From positions 1 through 61,056 of the IMG/VR virus record IMGVR_UViG_3300043256_000368: a stretch of DNA of 61,056 nucleotides; one strand, 5' to 3'. The notes under the pieces are model-generated. The model was not told where the DNA came from. It made no database searches and was given only the letters and a program-made list of their open reading frames with translations. This document shows, piece by piece, positions 15,738 to 24,821 of this stretch (the first letter of the stretch is position 1; each line of letters begins with the position of its first letter). Source of the stretch: a virus. Taxonomy: Duplodnaviria > Caudoviricetes. The position numbers were made by a program, and so were the translations under genes.

Positions 15738-17527
15738 TGGCCGCCACACTTTATCTTGGTAAGTCCGGCCGTTCCAGGTTCACCATCCCGGTAGGCGCAG
15801 CAACGGAAACAATCGCCATTCTTGCCAAGCGTGGTGCCGGCAAGACGTACCTCGCGTCGGTAATGGCTGAGGAGATGCTGAGGGCCGGGGTGCAGGTCGT
15901 CATCATCGACCCATTGGATGTCTGGTGGGGACTGCGATCGTCCGCAGACGGAAAGTCGGCCGGCATTCCGATCATTGTTTTCGGAGGTGATAAGGCGGAC
16001 ATCCCGATCGAGGGATCGGAAGGCGCCGCCACGGCGGACGCCATTGTCGACAACGGACTCTCCGCGATTCTGTCGATCCGCCACCTATCGAAGGGCAAGC
16101 AATTGGCTTTCGTCACCGCGTTTGCGACCCGGTTGTATGAGCGAAAAGGCCAACGTGGGAACCGTTCGGCGTTGCACCTGATGATCGATGAGGCGGATGC
16201 GTTCGCTCCACAACGACTTCGACCCGAAAGTGCTCGTTGTATGGGGGCCGTTGACGATCTCGTGCGCCGCGGTCGAGCGAGCGGTATCGGTGTCACACTC
16301 ATTACCCAACGGTCCGCTGCGCTGAATAAGGACCTGTTGACGCAAACCGAACTTCTGATCTGTATGCGGACCACCGGACCGCAAGACCGTAAGGCTGTAA
16401 AGGCATGGATCGATGAACATGATGTGGATGAGGACGCCAAACACCGCCAACGGATGTTCATGGGATCGTTGATTCGATTGGCCGTCGGTGAGGCTTGGTT
16501 CTGGTGTCCTGGGTGGCTCAGTATATTCGAGCGCGTCAAGGTGCGACGTCGTACGACGTTCGATTCGTCCGCAACGCCGAAGATGGGTGCCCGGACGCGT
16601 CAACCTAAGCGGATGGCCAGTGTCGATCTGGAGGTTCTTCGAAAGAGCCTCGCTGCGTCGATCGAGGCCGCCGAGAACACGGATCCATCGGCGCTCAGAA
16701 AAAAGCTGGCACTGCGGGACAAAGCCATTGCGCATTTGCAAAGCAAGTTGGACCAGGGTAACGGCTGCGCCGACCCGCGTGCGATCGCGCAAGCAGTCGA
16801 GAAAGAAGCAACCCGAATTCACGCTCAATGCCGAGACGATTTCTCCGCGTGGGTTGACCGGGCCCGCGCCCGTCTGCGCGACGCCTTTAACGCATCGGTG
16901 CTCGACGGATTGCAGGGAGATAGTCCCGTAGAGCCGGCATGCGCAAAAGGTCGGCAAATTATTCCAAATCCTATTCCTCCTCAACCCACGCAGAGGTCGA
17001 AGGTTACGACACCTCACAGGCAAAATGACCAAAGTTTCCCAGCAAATGCGCAACGGCCGCGTTCCGGAAAACTACGGATGTTGGTGGCCTGTGCACAGTT
17101 TCCTGATGGGATCCCGGATCGTAAGGTCGCAATGCTGGCCGGCTTGAGCAGCAAGTCAGGAACGTTCAGCACTTACCTAGGCAATCTGCGAACCCTCGGG
17201 TTTATCGAAGGGCCCAATATCTGCATACGTGTGACGCAGGCCGGAATCGATTCCGCCGGCGACTTCCAACGGTTACCAGTGGGAGACGCGTTGCGGGAAT
17301 TTTGGCGGACCAAGCTACCGGGTAGCGGGGTTATGCGACTGTTTGACGCCATCTGTAAAGCCTACCCAAAGGCGATTTCTAAAGAGGCTGCAGGAAGTGC
17401 CGCTGCTCTATCGTCTGTCAGTGGGACGTTCAGTACCTATCTGGGAAAACTGCGAACCTTGAACCTCCTCGATAGGGCAGATGGTGGTCCTGACTTTTTG
17501 CTCGCCAGCGGAGAACTGTTCGGATGA
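15737..17527 (+). CDS. HerA/FtsK-superfamily ATPase with tandem C-terminal wHTH-like repeats
   Basis: AKRGAGKT, IIDP, IDEAD, ITQR; SGTFSTYLGxLRTL occurs twice. Confidence 0.85.
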   Translation: MAATLYLGKSGRSRFTIPVGAATETIAILAKRGAGKTYLASVMAEEMLRAGVQVVIIDPLDVWWGLRSSADGKSAGIPIIVFGGDKADIPIEGSEGAATADAIVDNGLSAILSIRHLSKGKQLAFVTAFATRLYERKGQRGNRSALHLMIDEADAFAPQRLRPESARCMGAVDDLVRRGRASGIGVTLITQRSAALNKDLLTQTELLICMRTTGPQDRKAVKAWIDEHDVDEDAKHRQRMFMGSLIRLAVGEAWFWCPGWLSIFERVKVRRRTTFDSSATPKMGARTRQPKRMASVDLEVLRKSLAASIEAAENTDPSALRKKLALRDKAIAHLQSKLDQGNGCADPRAIAQAVEKEATRIHAQCRDDFSAWVDRARARLRDAFNASVLDGLQGDSPVEPACAKGRQIIPNPIPPQPTQRSKVTTPHRQNDQSFPANAQRPRSGKLRMLVACAQFPDGIPDRKVAMLAGLSSKSGTFSTYLGNLRTLGFIEGPNICIRVTQAGIDSAGDFQRLPVGDALREFWRTKLPGSGVMRLFDAICKAYPKAISKEAAGSAAALSSVSGTFSTYLGKLRTLNLLDRADGGPDFLLASGELFG

Positions 17528-17695
17528 GGACCGGTCATGTGCACGCTGAGACGATGTTCGAAATCACGATGGTCGAACATCGTCAACCTCCTCTGCCAAT
17601 CTGTTGCCCGGAGGAAGGATGGTTGATGTTGTTCCGACGGAGCGTGTTCTTTGTAACGTTCAAAACAGTTTCGGAAACCTGTAAAGGAGAAAACC

Positions 17696-18730
17696 ATGAC
17701 GGGTTGTGATCAACACCGTTTCGGAACAATGTCGTTTTACAGAGCCAACAGGCGATTAGGAGGTCTGATCGCCTTGTCCCTGCTGACGTCGTACCTGTGC
17801 TGCACGACGCCAGTGTACCACGCTTGGGAGCCTACATTGCCTCAAGCGGCGAAGTCAGTACCAACACAAGCCCGTCTACGCGCACCGGTGGAGCCGAAGG
17901 GGGACGTACTGGCGGTCTACCTGTATCTCCAACTCACGGATAAGTCAGAGGAGAAAGATGTCGCAATCCTGCGGGCGCTACTCAAGGTTAAGCGCAACGC
18001 ATTTACTCATGCGGTCGTTGTCGTGCCGTCGTGGCAAAGGATGCCCTACGCGTTTCGCAATCCAATCGTGCGGCGCATCATCACCACCTGCCGTGCAAAA
18101 GGCATTGCGCTGGTCTGGGGGCGGTGGCTCTGGGTGGCGCGGCCTTCGGACAAGCTGGACGCACCGATGCCCAATTCCATAAGCCACCTTGACGCCAGCT
18201 ACTACGCAGCGGCTCTTGCGAACGTGCGTGCGGAGGCCCGTTTCCTCGGGGCGGTTGGCTCATTCCTCGACGCCGAGCCCTACGGAGATAGCGCTCAGAA
18301 GCCGACTCTCAAGTTCGTTGCCCTTAACGACGTTGAGCGAGTGCTGATCAGTCTGGCAATCGCGGAGGCTGTGGCCGCGGCGGGTCCGGTGGATTGGATC
18401 TATCCAACAAGTTCGGCGAGTCCAACACGCTATCCCTGGCCAATGGCGCGTTTGGGGCGTGTCCGGCTTGACGCCAGGCCATACTACACACGTGAATCAG
18501 ATGGGGAGGTCATTGCTAGGCCGCCGGCGGGCTACAAGCACCGGCTCCAGTTGTGGGGAGCATTCGTTCTGCCAAAGCGCACGGAGATAAGTCCCGGACT
18601 GTGGACGTTGAACATTAGTGATGCGAAACGGCTGGATCCTAATGTGATGCGACAAAAGCACGAGCATTGCATGGGTATTTGGCTCTACACCGGCAACGAA
18701 ACCGCAAAAGTCCTGGCCGCTTGGAACTAA
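17696..18730 (+). CDS. Membrane-anchored or secreted protein, possibly a glycoside-hydrolase-like barrel
   Basis: N-terminal hydrophobic segment; FLDAEPYG motif; AAAGGAG SD. Confidence 0.55.
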   Translation: MTGCDQHRFGTMSFYRANRRLGGLIALSLLTSYLCCTTPVYHAWEPTLPQAAKSVPTQARLRAPVEPKGDVLAVYLYLQLTDKSEEKDVAILRALLKVKRNAFTHAVVVVPSWQRMPYAFRNPIVRRIITTCRAKGIALVWGRWLWVARPSDKLDAPMPNSISHLDASYYAAALANVRAEARFLGAVGSFLDAEPYGDSAQKPTLKFVALNDVERVLISLAIAEAVAAAGPVDWIYPTSSASPTRYPWPMARLGRVRLDARPYYTRESDGEVIARPPAGYKHRLQLWGAFVLPKRTEISPGLWTLNISDAKRLDPNVMRQKHEHCMGIWLYTGNETAKVLAAWN

Positions 18731-18748
18731 CTCAAAGGAGGGCAACGT

Positions 18749-19474
18749 ATGAACCTTGCAGGAGTGACCTTGACTGGTGCTGACCAATCGATCGGCCCAT
18801 ACCGGCTGGTGCAAATCGCCGCCGAGTTTCCGTTCGTAGAGTGGGGGATCCTAGTCGGATCCTCAGTCGGCTATCGATTCCCCGCAACGACGTGGGTCTC
18901 GAACCTCGGTTTGGAGTCGTGCAACCGCCAGACGCCGCTAAGGTTGTCATTGCACCTGTGTGGTCGTCCGTTGCGTCACATACTAGATCATGGGGCCTTG
19001 ATGCTACCTGACAATTTCCCGGATCACCTTTTTCAAAGGGTCCAGTTGAATTTCCACGGGCGCCGTATTGGGCAAGCCGAGGTAGAGAGTTTGCTTGCCG
19101 CGCTTCTGGGGGCTTGGCCCTTTCAAGAAACCATTGTTCAGTTGGACGGGCAGAACGACTCCGTCCTAGACACCGTATTGCGGGTTGGGCTAGCCGCCAG
19201 CGGACTCTACGATCGCTCACATGGGGCAGGTGTCCTGCCGGGTGAGTGGCCGACCGCTAATCCTGATTGGGAGGTTGGCTATGCCGGCGGATTGAGCCCA
19301 GAGAACGTGGTGGTCGAACTGCCAAAGATTTCGAAGGCTGCTGGATCGCAACCTTTCTGGATTGACATGGAGACCCATCTGCGTAACGCAGCCAATCAGT
19401 TCGACGGCGGTAAGGTGCGTTCTGTGTTACGCGCTGCACGAGCTTATGCACAAGGGGACGACGTTGGATCCTGA
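18749..19474 (+). CDS. Phosphoribosylanthranilate-isomerase-like TIM-barrel protein
   Basis: TLTGAD, VEWGIL, SLHLCG, RVQLN, DRSHGAG, GYAGGLSPENV, WIDME. Confidence 0.8.
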   Translation: MNLAGVTLTGADQSIGPYRLVQIAAEFPFVEWGILVGSSVGYRFPATTWVSNLGLESCNRQTPLRLSLHLCGRPLRHILDHGALMLPDNFPDHLFQRVQLNFHGRRIGQAEVESLLAALLGAWPFQETIVQLDGQNDSVLDTVLRVGLAASGLYDRSHGAGVLPGEWPTANPDWEVGYAGGLSPENVVVELPKISKAAGSQPFWIDMETHLRNAANQFDGGKVRSVLRAARAYAQGDDVGS

Positions 19475-19760
19475 TACGGCTGGCGACTTGGGTCGCTTCA
19501 TGGCACTCATGGGCGACAAGCTCGCAGAGAACGATCATAAATTGGGCTGGGACAGTGTGACGTTGACGTACCACCTGCGACGAATGTATCAGGAGGTGGT
19601 GGAGCTTCACGGGACGCTCACGAACCTCAAGGTCAATCTGAATAAGTCGGGGCACCACCCTCTAAATGCTACCGACGCGAAGTCGGTTGCGCGCCAGTGT
19701 GCGGATATAGCCAATTTCGCAATGTTCATCGCAGACCTGACCGGAGGTTTGGCCCACTGA
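19446..19760 (+). CDS. Hypothetical protein (all-alpha, dATP/dGTP pyrophosphohydrolase-like pattern)
   Basis: KLAENDHKLGW...QEVVEL...CADIANFAMFIAD. Confidence 0.55.
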   Translation: MHKGTTLDPDTAGDLGRFMALMGDKLAENDHKLGWDSVTLTYHLRRMYQEVVELHGTLTNLKVNLNKSGHHPLNATDAKSVARQCADIANFAMFIADLTGGLAH

Positions 19761-19813
19761 AAGCGTGTGCGTGAGGTGGAAAGAGAAGTGTAAGGATTGA
19801 AGGAGCATATTAA

Positions 19814-20329
19814 GTGGCAGCACTAGGCAGTACGCAGACACAATGGAACCGATCGGCGATGTTCAGCGATGACCGGAGGTACCGCTACTGCCTTCGGAGG
19901 TGGAGCCACTCAGGAAATCCGAGGAGTTTGGCAATCGTCATGCTCAATCCATCGACGGCGGATGACAAAGTCGATGATCCGACAACCAGTCGTATGCTGA
20001 GATTCTGTGAGCGCGACGGATTCAACGACTACACCGCTGTAAACCTTTTCGCTCTCGTATCGCCGCATCCCCGCGATTTGCGCAGGGCTCCTGATCCGGT
20101 TGGTCCGGACAACGATCGTTGGGTACGCACCTGCACGGCGCAATATGACGTTGTGGTTGTGGCGTGGGGGACAAACGGAGAACTGATGGGTCGGGCGCGG
20201 TGTATCCTCGAGACGCTCACGCGAGAATTATGGTGCTTCGGGCAAACGCAAGACGGGCACCCGAAGTTTCCGCTGTACATTCCTTCGGGAACACCGCTGG
20301 AGAGGTTCAGATCACCATACGGCGCTTAA
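19814..20329 (+). CDS. DUF1643-family protein
   Basis: YRYCLRRW, MLNPSTAD...DDPT, VNLFA, VAWG, GHPKFPLY. Confidence 0.85.
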   Translation: MAALGSTQTQWNRSAMFSDDRRYRYCLRRWSHSGNPRSLAIVMLNPSTADDKVDDPTTSRMLRFCERDGFNDYTAVNLFALVSPHPRDLRRAPDPVGPDNDRWVRTCTAQYDVVVVAWGTNGELMGRARCILETLTRELWCFGQTQDGHPKFPLYIPSGTPLERFRSPYGA

Positions 20330-21420
20330 CGATTGGCAGTGTGTTCAGCGGCATAGGTGGATTCGACGAAGGGTTCCGTCGCGCGGGTGGTTTTGAACTG
20401 ATATGGCAGGTGGAAACGGACAAGTTCTGTCGGGAAGTGCTGAGGCGGCGGTTCCGGCCTTGCACGCGGACATCCGAGACGTCGGACGGCACAACCTGCA
20501 ACTGTGCGACGTGCTTGTCGGCGGATTCCCATGCCAAGACCTGTCCGTCGCCGGGAAGCGTGCAGGTCTATCAGGAAAGCGGAGCGTGCTGTTCTGGGAG
20601 TTTGTTCGAGTTGCACGCGAGCTCCGTCCCACCTGGCTGGTTATCGAAAACGTACCCGGACTACTCTCGTCGAATGGCGGACGGGATATGGGCGCCGTCA
20701 TCGGTGGGCTGGAAGACGCAGGGTATTGCTGTGCGTGGCGAGTGCTGGACTCGCAGTGGTTCGGAGTCGCCCAACGACGTCGTCGTGTGTTCATTGTCGG
20801 ACACGCTGACGCCCGATGTGCCGGAGCGGTTCTATTTGAGCCGGAAGGCGGCGCGGGGCATCCTGCGACGGTGCGAAAAGCGGGGACGGACATTACCCAC
20901 GCACTTGATGCTGTCACTGGAGGAGTTAGCGCAAAGGAAAACCAACAGACCATCATCCCCTACACAATCCACGGAACCCGGAGCGGTGAAAGCAGAGATC
21001 CGCAACGCACCGAGCGGCACGAACCGCTTTGCGCTCGATCACCCTCTCCTTCCCGGCAGGGAAACCAATCCGCCACCGTTATCGCCTACAACGTCGTCGG
21101 GACGGGTCAGGAGGGAGCAAACCACGCCTACGCAACAGACCGAACCGGCGCCTTGCAACACAAGGGGAACGCGGCAAGCGGGAACGAAGCAGGAACCGTC
21201 ATCGCCTACACCTTGCGAGAGAACGACCGGAACAAGAGCCAAGGGCCGGCGAACCTTGTTGGGTACGCCCTTAACGCCCACGGCGGAAGCCACGAACGGA
21301 TCGACGGAGAAAGCGAGACCTTTGTTGGTGCGCCGCCTCACGCCCATCGAGTGCGAGAAGCTACAGGGCTTCCCCCTGGGATGGACGGCAAGCGGTATCG
21401 GGCACTCGGCAACGCGGTGA
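20311..21420 (+). CDS. Overlapping alternative-frame methyltransferase polypeptide (motif I plus beta-like chain with motif IX)
   Basis: SVFSGIGGFD, SLSDTLTPDVPERFYLSRKAARGILRR and VRRLTPIECEKLQGFP in one open frame; start uncertain. Confidence 0.7.
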   Translation: MTIRRLTIGSVFSGIGGFDEGFRRAGGFELIWQVETDKFCREVLRRRFRPCTRTSETSDGTTCNCATCLSADSHAKTCPSPGSVQVYQESGACCSGSLFELHASSVPPGWLSKTYPDYSRRMADGIWAPSSVGWKTQGIAVRGECWTRSGSESPNDVVVCSLSDTLTPDVPERFYLSRKAARGILRRCEKRGRTLPTHLMLSLEELAQRKTNRPSSPTQSTEPGAVKAEIRNAPSGTNRFALDHPLLPGRETNPPPLSPTTSSGRVRREQTTPTQQTEPAPCNTRGTRQAGTKQEPSSPTPCERTTGTRAKGRRTLLGTPLTPTAEATNGSTEKARPLLVRRLTPIECEKLQGFPLGWTASGIGHSATR

Positions 21421-21488
21421 CGGTGCCGGTGATCGAGTGGTTAGCGCGGAGGATAATGGCCGTACAGATGATGGAAGATTCCGGATGA
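20403..21488 (+). CDS. C5-cytosine DNA methyltransferase, frame carrying catalytic motifs IV-VIII and X
   Basis: GGFPCQD, IENVPG, FGVAQRRRRVFIVG, RYRALGNAV; motifs I and IX are absent from this frame. Confidence 0.85.
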   Translation: MAGGNGQVLSGSAEAAVPALHADIRDVGRHNLQLCDVLVGGFPCQDLSVAGKRAGLSGKRSVLFWEFVRVARELRPTWLVIENVPGLLSSNGGRDMGAVIGGLEDAGYCCAWRVLDSQWFGVAQRRRRVFIVGHADARCAGAVLFEPEGGAGHPATVRKAGTDITHALDAVTGGVSAKENQQTIIPYTIHGTRSGESRDPQRTERHEPLCARSPSPSRQGNQSATVIAYNVVGTGQEGANHAYATDRTGALQHKGNAASGNEAGTVIAYTLRENDRNKSQGPANLVGYALNAHGGSHERIDGESETFVGAPPHAHRVREATGLPPGMDGKRYRALGNAVTVPVIEWLARRIMAVQMMEDSG

Positions 21489-22447
21489 GCAATATCGCAT
21501 GGACAAATAGGACCTGGAACCCGGTCACGGGATGCAGTGCGGTGTCTGAGGGGTGTACGTATTGCTACGCGGCAAAGATGACCAAGCGGCTCGCGTCGAT
21601 GGGAACTCCCGAATACCAGGACCTGCTGCACGAGCACCACTTCAACGGCAAGGTGAAGTGCCACGAGCACAAGCTGGAAATCCCGCTGCGTTGGGAAAAG
21701 TCGCGCATGGTTTTCGTCAACTCGATGAGCGACCTGTTTCACGAAGCGGTGCCATTCGGGTTCATCGACAAGGTGTTCGCGGTGATGGCGTTGCGTCCGC
21801 AGCACACGTTCCAAATTCTCACGAAGCGCCCGGAGCGGATGGCGGAGTATTTGTGCTCCCGATCACATCCAGAACACGGCCAAGACGATCTTATTCACGG
21901 TGATTATGTGCCAGTGGCGATGGAGAAGCTGGGAGAAGATTACTCGTTTGCTGCGGAAATGATTTGGCCGCTCCCCAATGTCTGGCTCGGCACGTCGTGC
22001 GAGGATCCGAAGACGCTCCATGAACGAGTGCCACACTTGCTCAACTGTCCTGCAGCTGTGCGGTTCCTGAGCCTCGAGCCGTTGCTTGGGGAGACCATTC
22101 TGCATAAGCATCTCGCCGAGTGTGGATGTGGCCACGGGCATGGGTTTACGGCCTGCCCCAACACTGGCGGCGTCGCCAAGACCTGCCATCGTTGCGACTG
22201 CATGAACGTGAATCCGAAGATCCAATGGGTCATCGTCGGTTGCGAGTCGGGTGCGAAGCGTCGGCCATGTCGCTGGGAGTGGATCGATTCAATCGTCGGT
22301 CAGTGCCGGGATGCGGGCGTGTCGGTGTTCGTGAAGCAGCTTGCGACACAATCGGATGGGTCTGGCACGGTCTACAAGCACAAGCCGGGCGACGACTGGC
22401 CAGCGTGGGTGGCACCTAGCCTAAGGGTTCAGGAGTTTCCGAAGTGA
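21485..22447 (+). CDS. Phage Gp37/Gp68 (DUF5131) family protein
   Basis: TWNPVTGCSAVSEGCTYCYA, VFVNSMSDLFH, QILTKRP, FLSLEPLL, WVIVGCESG, FVKQ. Confidence 0.9.
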   Translation: MSNIAWTNRTWNPVTGCSAVSEGCTYCYAAKMTKRLASMGTPEYQDLLHEHHFNGKVKCHEHKLEIPLRWEKSRMVFVNSMSDLFHEAVPFGFIDKVFAVMALRPQHTFQILTKRPERMAEYLCSRSHPEHGQDDLIHGDYVPVAMEKLGEDYSFAAEMIWPLPNVWLGTSCEDPKTLHERVPHLLNCPAAVRFLSLEPLLGETILHKHLAECGCGHGHGFTACPNTGGVAKTCHRCDCMNVNPKIQWVIVGCESGAKRRPCRWEWIDSIVGQCRDAGVSVFVKQLATQSDGSGTVYKHKPGDDWPAWVAPSLRVQEFPK

Positions 22448-22607
22448 CCGATCAGCACCGCAACATGCTGAACGAGCTACTGGCCGACGACAGCGACACG
22501 ATGACCGAGTGGGAGATCGGATTCATCGAGAGGATTGACGAGTGGAGGGGTGACCTGCGGGTTGCGCAGGTCAAGAGCCTCGAAAAGATTTGGGCTAAGG
22601 TGTTTGG

Positions 22608-22979
22608 ATGAAAGCCTTAACGATCTGCCAACCGTACGCGCACATGATCGCCATTGGTGTCAAGGGGATTGAGAATCGAACGTGGTGGACGGCTTATCGT
22701 GGGTTGCTCGCAATGCATGCCGGCAAGTCCAAGAAGATGATTGAGGCTAGCGATCTCGCACAATGGCCGGAGATGTCCTTTGGGTCAATCGTCGCAGTCG
22801 CGTCTCTTGGATGCTGTATTCGTGTAGAGCACCTTAATCCCGGATTGCCGCACGCCGAAGGCCCTTGGTGTTGGCTGTTAGAGGGGGTAAGGCGACTGGA
22901 ACGTGCCATTCCGTGTACGGGCCATCTTGGGTTGTGGAATTTGCCGGCGGATGTCGCGGCTAAGGTGATTGGAGGTTGA
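22608..22979 (+). CDS. ASCH-domain protein
   Basis: MKALTICQPYA...GVKGIENRTW..YRG.L.MHA...GHLGLW. Confidence 0.9.
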   Translation: MKALTICQPYAHMIAIGVKGIENRTWWTAYRGLLAMHAGKSKKMIEASDLAQWPEMSFGSIVAVASLGCCIRVEHLNPGLPHAEGPWCWLLEGVRRLERAIPCTGHLGLWNLPADVAAKVIGG

Positions 22980-23140
22980 CGAAGTGAACAGTTCGACCTT
23001 GGTGATGTGGATTCTGATCGCTTTCTATGCTGTCGTCATGGGCTTGGCCGCGTGGGAGCGGAACTGGTATCGGTCGCTCTACTACTTCGCGGCGATCCTT
23101 ATCAGCCTGGCGGTGATGGCATGACGGCGGAGCACCGGGC

Positions 23141-23428
23141 GTGATCGCTTCAAACGCCAAATGTATGCCCGCCTGGATCCGCTTCGGTCTCATTCTCGCC
23201 GTGTGGGCTCGGGGCGCGGCATGGGGTCTTTGGGAATTGCATGACAAGGATGCGGTCAAGTTTGCGTCCGCGATGGATGAGGCACCGATCAGGATGGTCT
23301 TGATGGCAGCCGTCTGGTCGGGTTGGGTGCTAACAACCTTGTGGTGCATATTCCTGGGACCGTTTCTCGACCCTGTTGTCGGCCCGTATTTTTCCTCGGA
23401 CCGGCGCTACGGAGGATGGGAGTCATAA
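23141..23428 (+). CDS. Small membrane protein
   Basis: Two hydrophobic segments. Confidence 0.45.
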   Translation: MIASNAKCMPAWIRFGLILAVWARGAAWGLWELHDKDAVKFASAMDEAPIRMVLMAAVWSGWVLTTLWCIFLGPFLDPVVGPYFSSDRRYGGWES

Positions 23429-23432
23429 CAAC

Positions 23433-23972
23433 ATGGGTACGGTAGCGTGGATAGGACCGCTCGATCGATATGTCCGTGCGTTCGGCGAAAACCGTGATGC
23501 GCCTCCAGGGCCTCCGCCGGATCCACCGCCCGCGCCGCCCGAACCTCCCGGAGTGAAAGAAGTGTGCCGGGCGGAGGCCAAAGCGGCCGAGCGTACGTGG
23601 GCCCTACACAAGGCTGGCTTTATGAGCGTCGACGACGTGCGCGCAGCGGAAGGTTTGCCTCCCGTAAGACCGCCGAGGGTCGAGCCGCTGAGAATTAAGT
23701 CGCTGAGTTGCGACCAAGGTGGCCAGGTCGAGGTCACCATGGTGTGGGGGCCGGCGCCAATCAAGACTCAGGTGGATGGGCTTACGCCTCACTTTCGTTT
23801 GGGCTCTTCCGGTCGTTGTTTCTGCGGGGATTCCAACTGTGCGTACGGAAAGGTCGTCCCTACCGCGAAGGTCCCCCAAGCAATCCCGTGGTGGTCCTAT
23901 CTCGTGATGCTTTTCGTACTCGCCGCAGATGTCGTCACGTTTTATGCGTTTTTGCAATTGCTAAAACCCTGA
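23433..23972 (+). CDS. Membrane-anchored protein carrying a portal-like C-terminal motif
   Basis: Pro-rich linker, AGFMSVDDVRAAEGLPP, C-terminal transmembrane helix. Confidence 0.6.
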   Translation: MGTVAWIGPLDRYVRAFGENRDAPPGPPPDPPPAPPEPPGVKEVCRAEAKAAERTWALHKAGFMSVDDVRAAEGLPPVRPPRVEPLRIKSLSCDQGGQVEVTMVWGPAPIKTQVDGLTPHFRLGSSGRCFCGDSNCAYGKVVPTAKVPQAIPWWSYLVMLFVLAADVVTFYAFLQLLKP

Positions 23973-24043
23973 GAGAGAGCACCCGTGGAGTATGCCTGGC
24001 TAAGACTCGATCTGCCTATTCGTTTTGAGGAGACGGTGGCGTC

Positions 24044-24496
24044 ATGGAACTGAATGAGACAATACTTACTCGCGCTAATCAAGTTTTAGAGACATTTATT
24101 GGCCGTACGCCACGTTTGCGGGTGAGCGGCTTTGGCCGCTTAGAGGTGCGATCAGCCTGGGGAAGCATGAGTGCTCGCGTCTCTCCGAACAATGGAAGCC
24201 TGGCGGGCCGTTATGGGAATCACGGGATGGGCGGAACCAGCGCGATGGCCGTTGGACAGCTCATACGGTGGTATCGAAACCAGTCGCGCCTCCCGATTGA
24301 CAGTTGGCGATATTGGGCAAGCGACACGATAAAGCTCTGTTCGCTGGACACCGTGGCATTGCTTGAGGATTCGACGTACAGCGATCCCAAGAAGGTGTGC
24401 TGTGTGTTGTGCGGATCGAGCAAGGTGGGGGATTGGTGGAACTTGAACGGGAAAACTGGGCCATGTTGTCACATGGGTAGGTGTCGGAAGGATTGA
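24044..24496 (+). CDS. Hypothetical protein with Cys-rich C-terminus
   Basis: GAGGAG upstream; CCVLC...GPCC...C. Confidence 0.65.
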   Translation: MELNETILTRANQVLETFIGRTPRLRVSGFGRLEVRSAWGSMSARVSPNNGSLAGRYGNHGMGGTSAMAVGQLIRWYRNQSRLPIDSWRYWASDTIKLCSLDTVALLEDSTYSDPKKVCCVLCGSSKVGDWWNLNGKTGPCCHMGRCRKD

Positions 24497-24509
24497 GACC
24501 CACGGCGCG

Positions 24510-24821
24510 GTGCCGGCGGGTGTCAAGTTCCAGCAGTTTGGAAGGAGGTTCGTTTTGAAGTTCATCACGCGATTGTTCAATAGGAGGGCACCTAATTTCT
24601 GCCGTGATTGCCGTTGGATGCAAGAGCAACGCAACACGGCAAACGGGCTTGCGCCACCGATCTGTACGCACCCGAACACGCAACCGTCGCCCGACTCGGT
24701 GACAGCTAAAATCGATACTCGTCTTTGCGAGCACGTCCGCCATTCGAATACGTTAAATAGTTTGGTGTATTGCAAGCACTGGGAGCCGAGGGCGGGAAAG
24801 GTTGCCGGCCGTAGCCTGTAG
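24510..24821 (+). CDS. Hypothetical Cys-motif protein
   Basis: FCRDCRW...CTHP...C...CKHWEP. Confidence 0.55.
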   Translation: MPAGVKFQQFGRRFVLKFITRLFNRRAPNFCRDCRWMQEQRNTANGLAPPICTHPNTQPSPDSVTAKIDTRLCEHVRHSNTLNSLVYCKHWEPRAGKVAGRSL

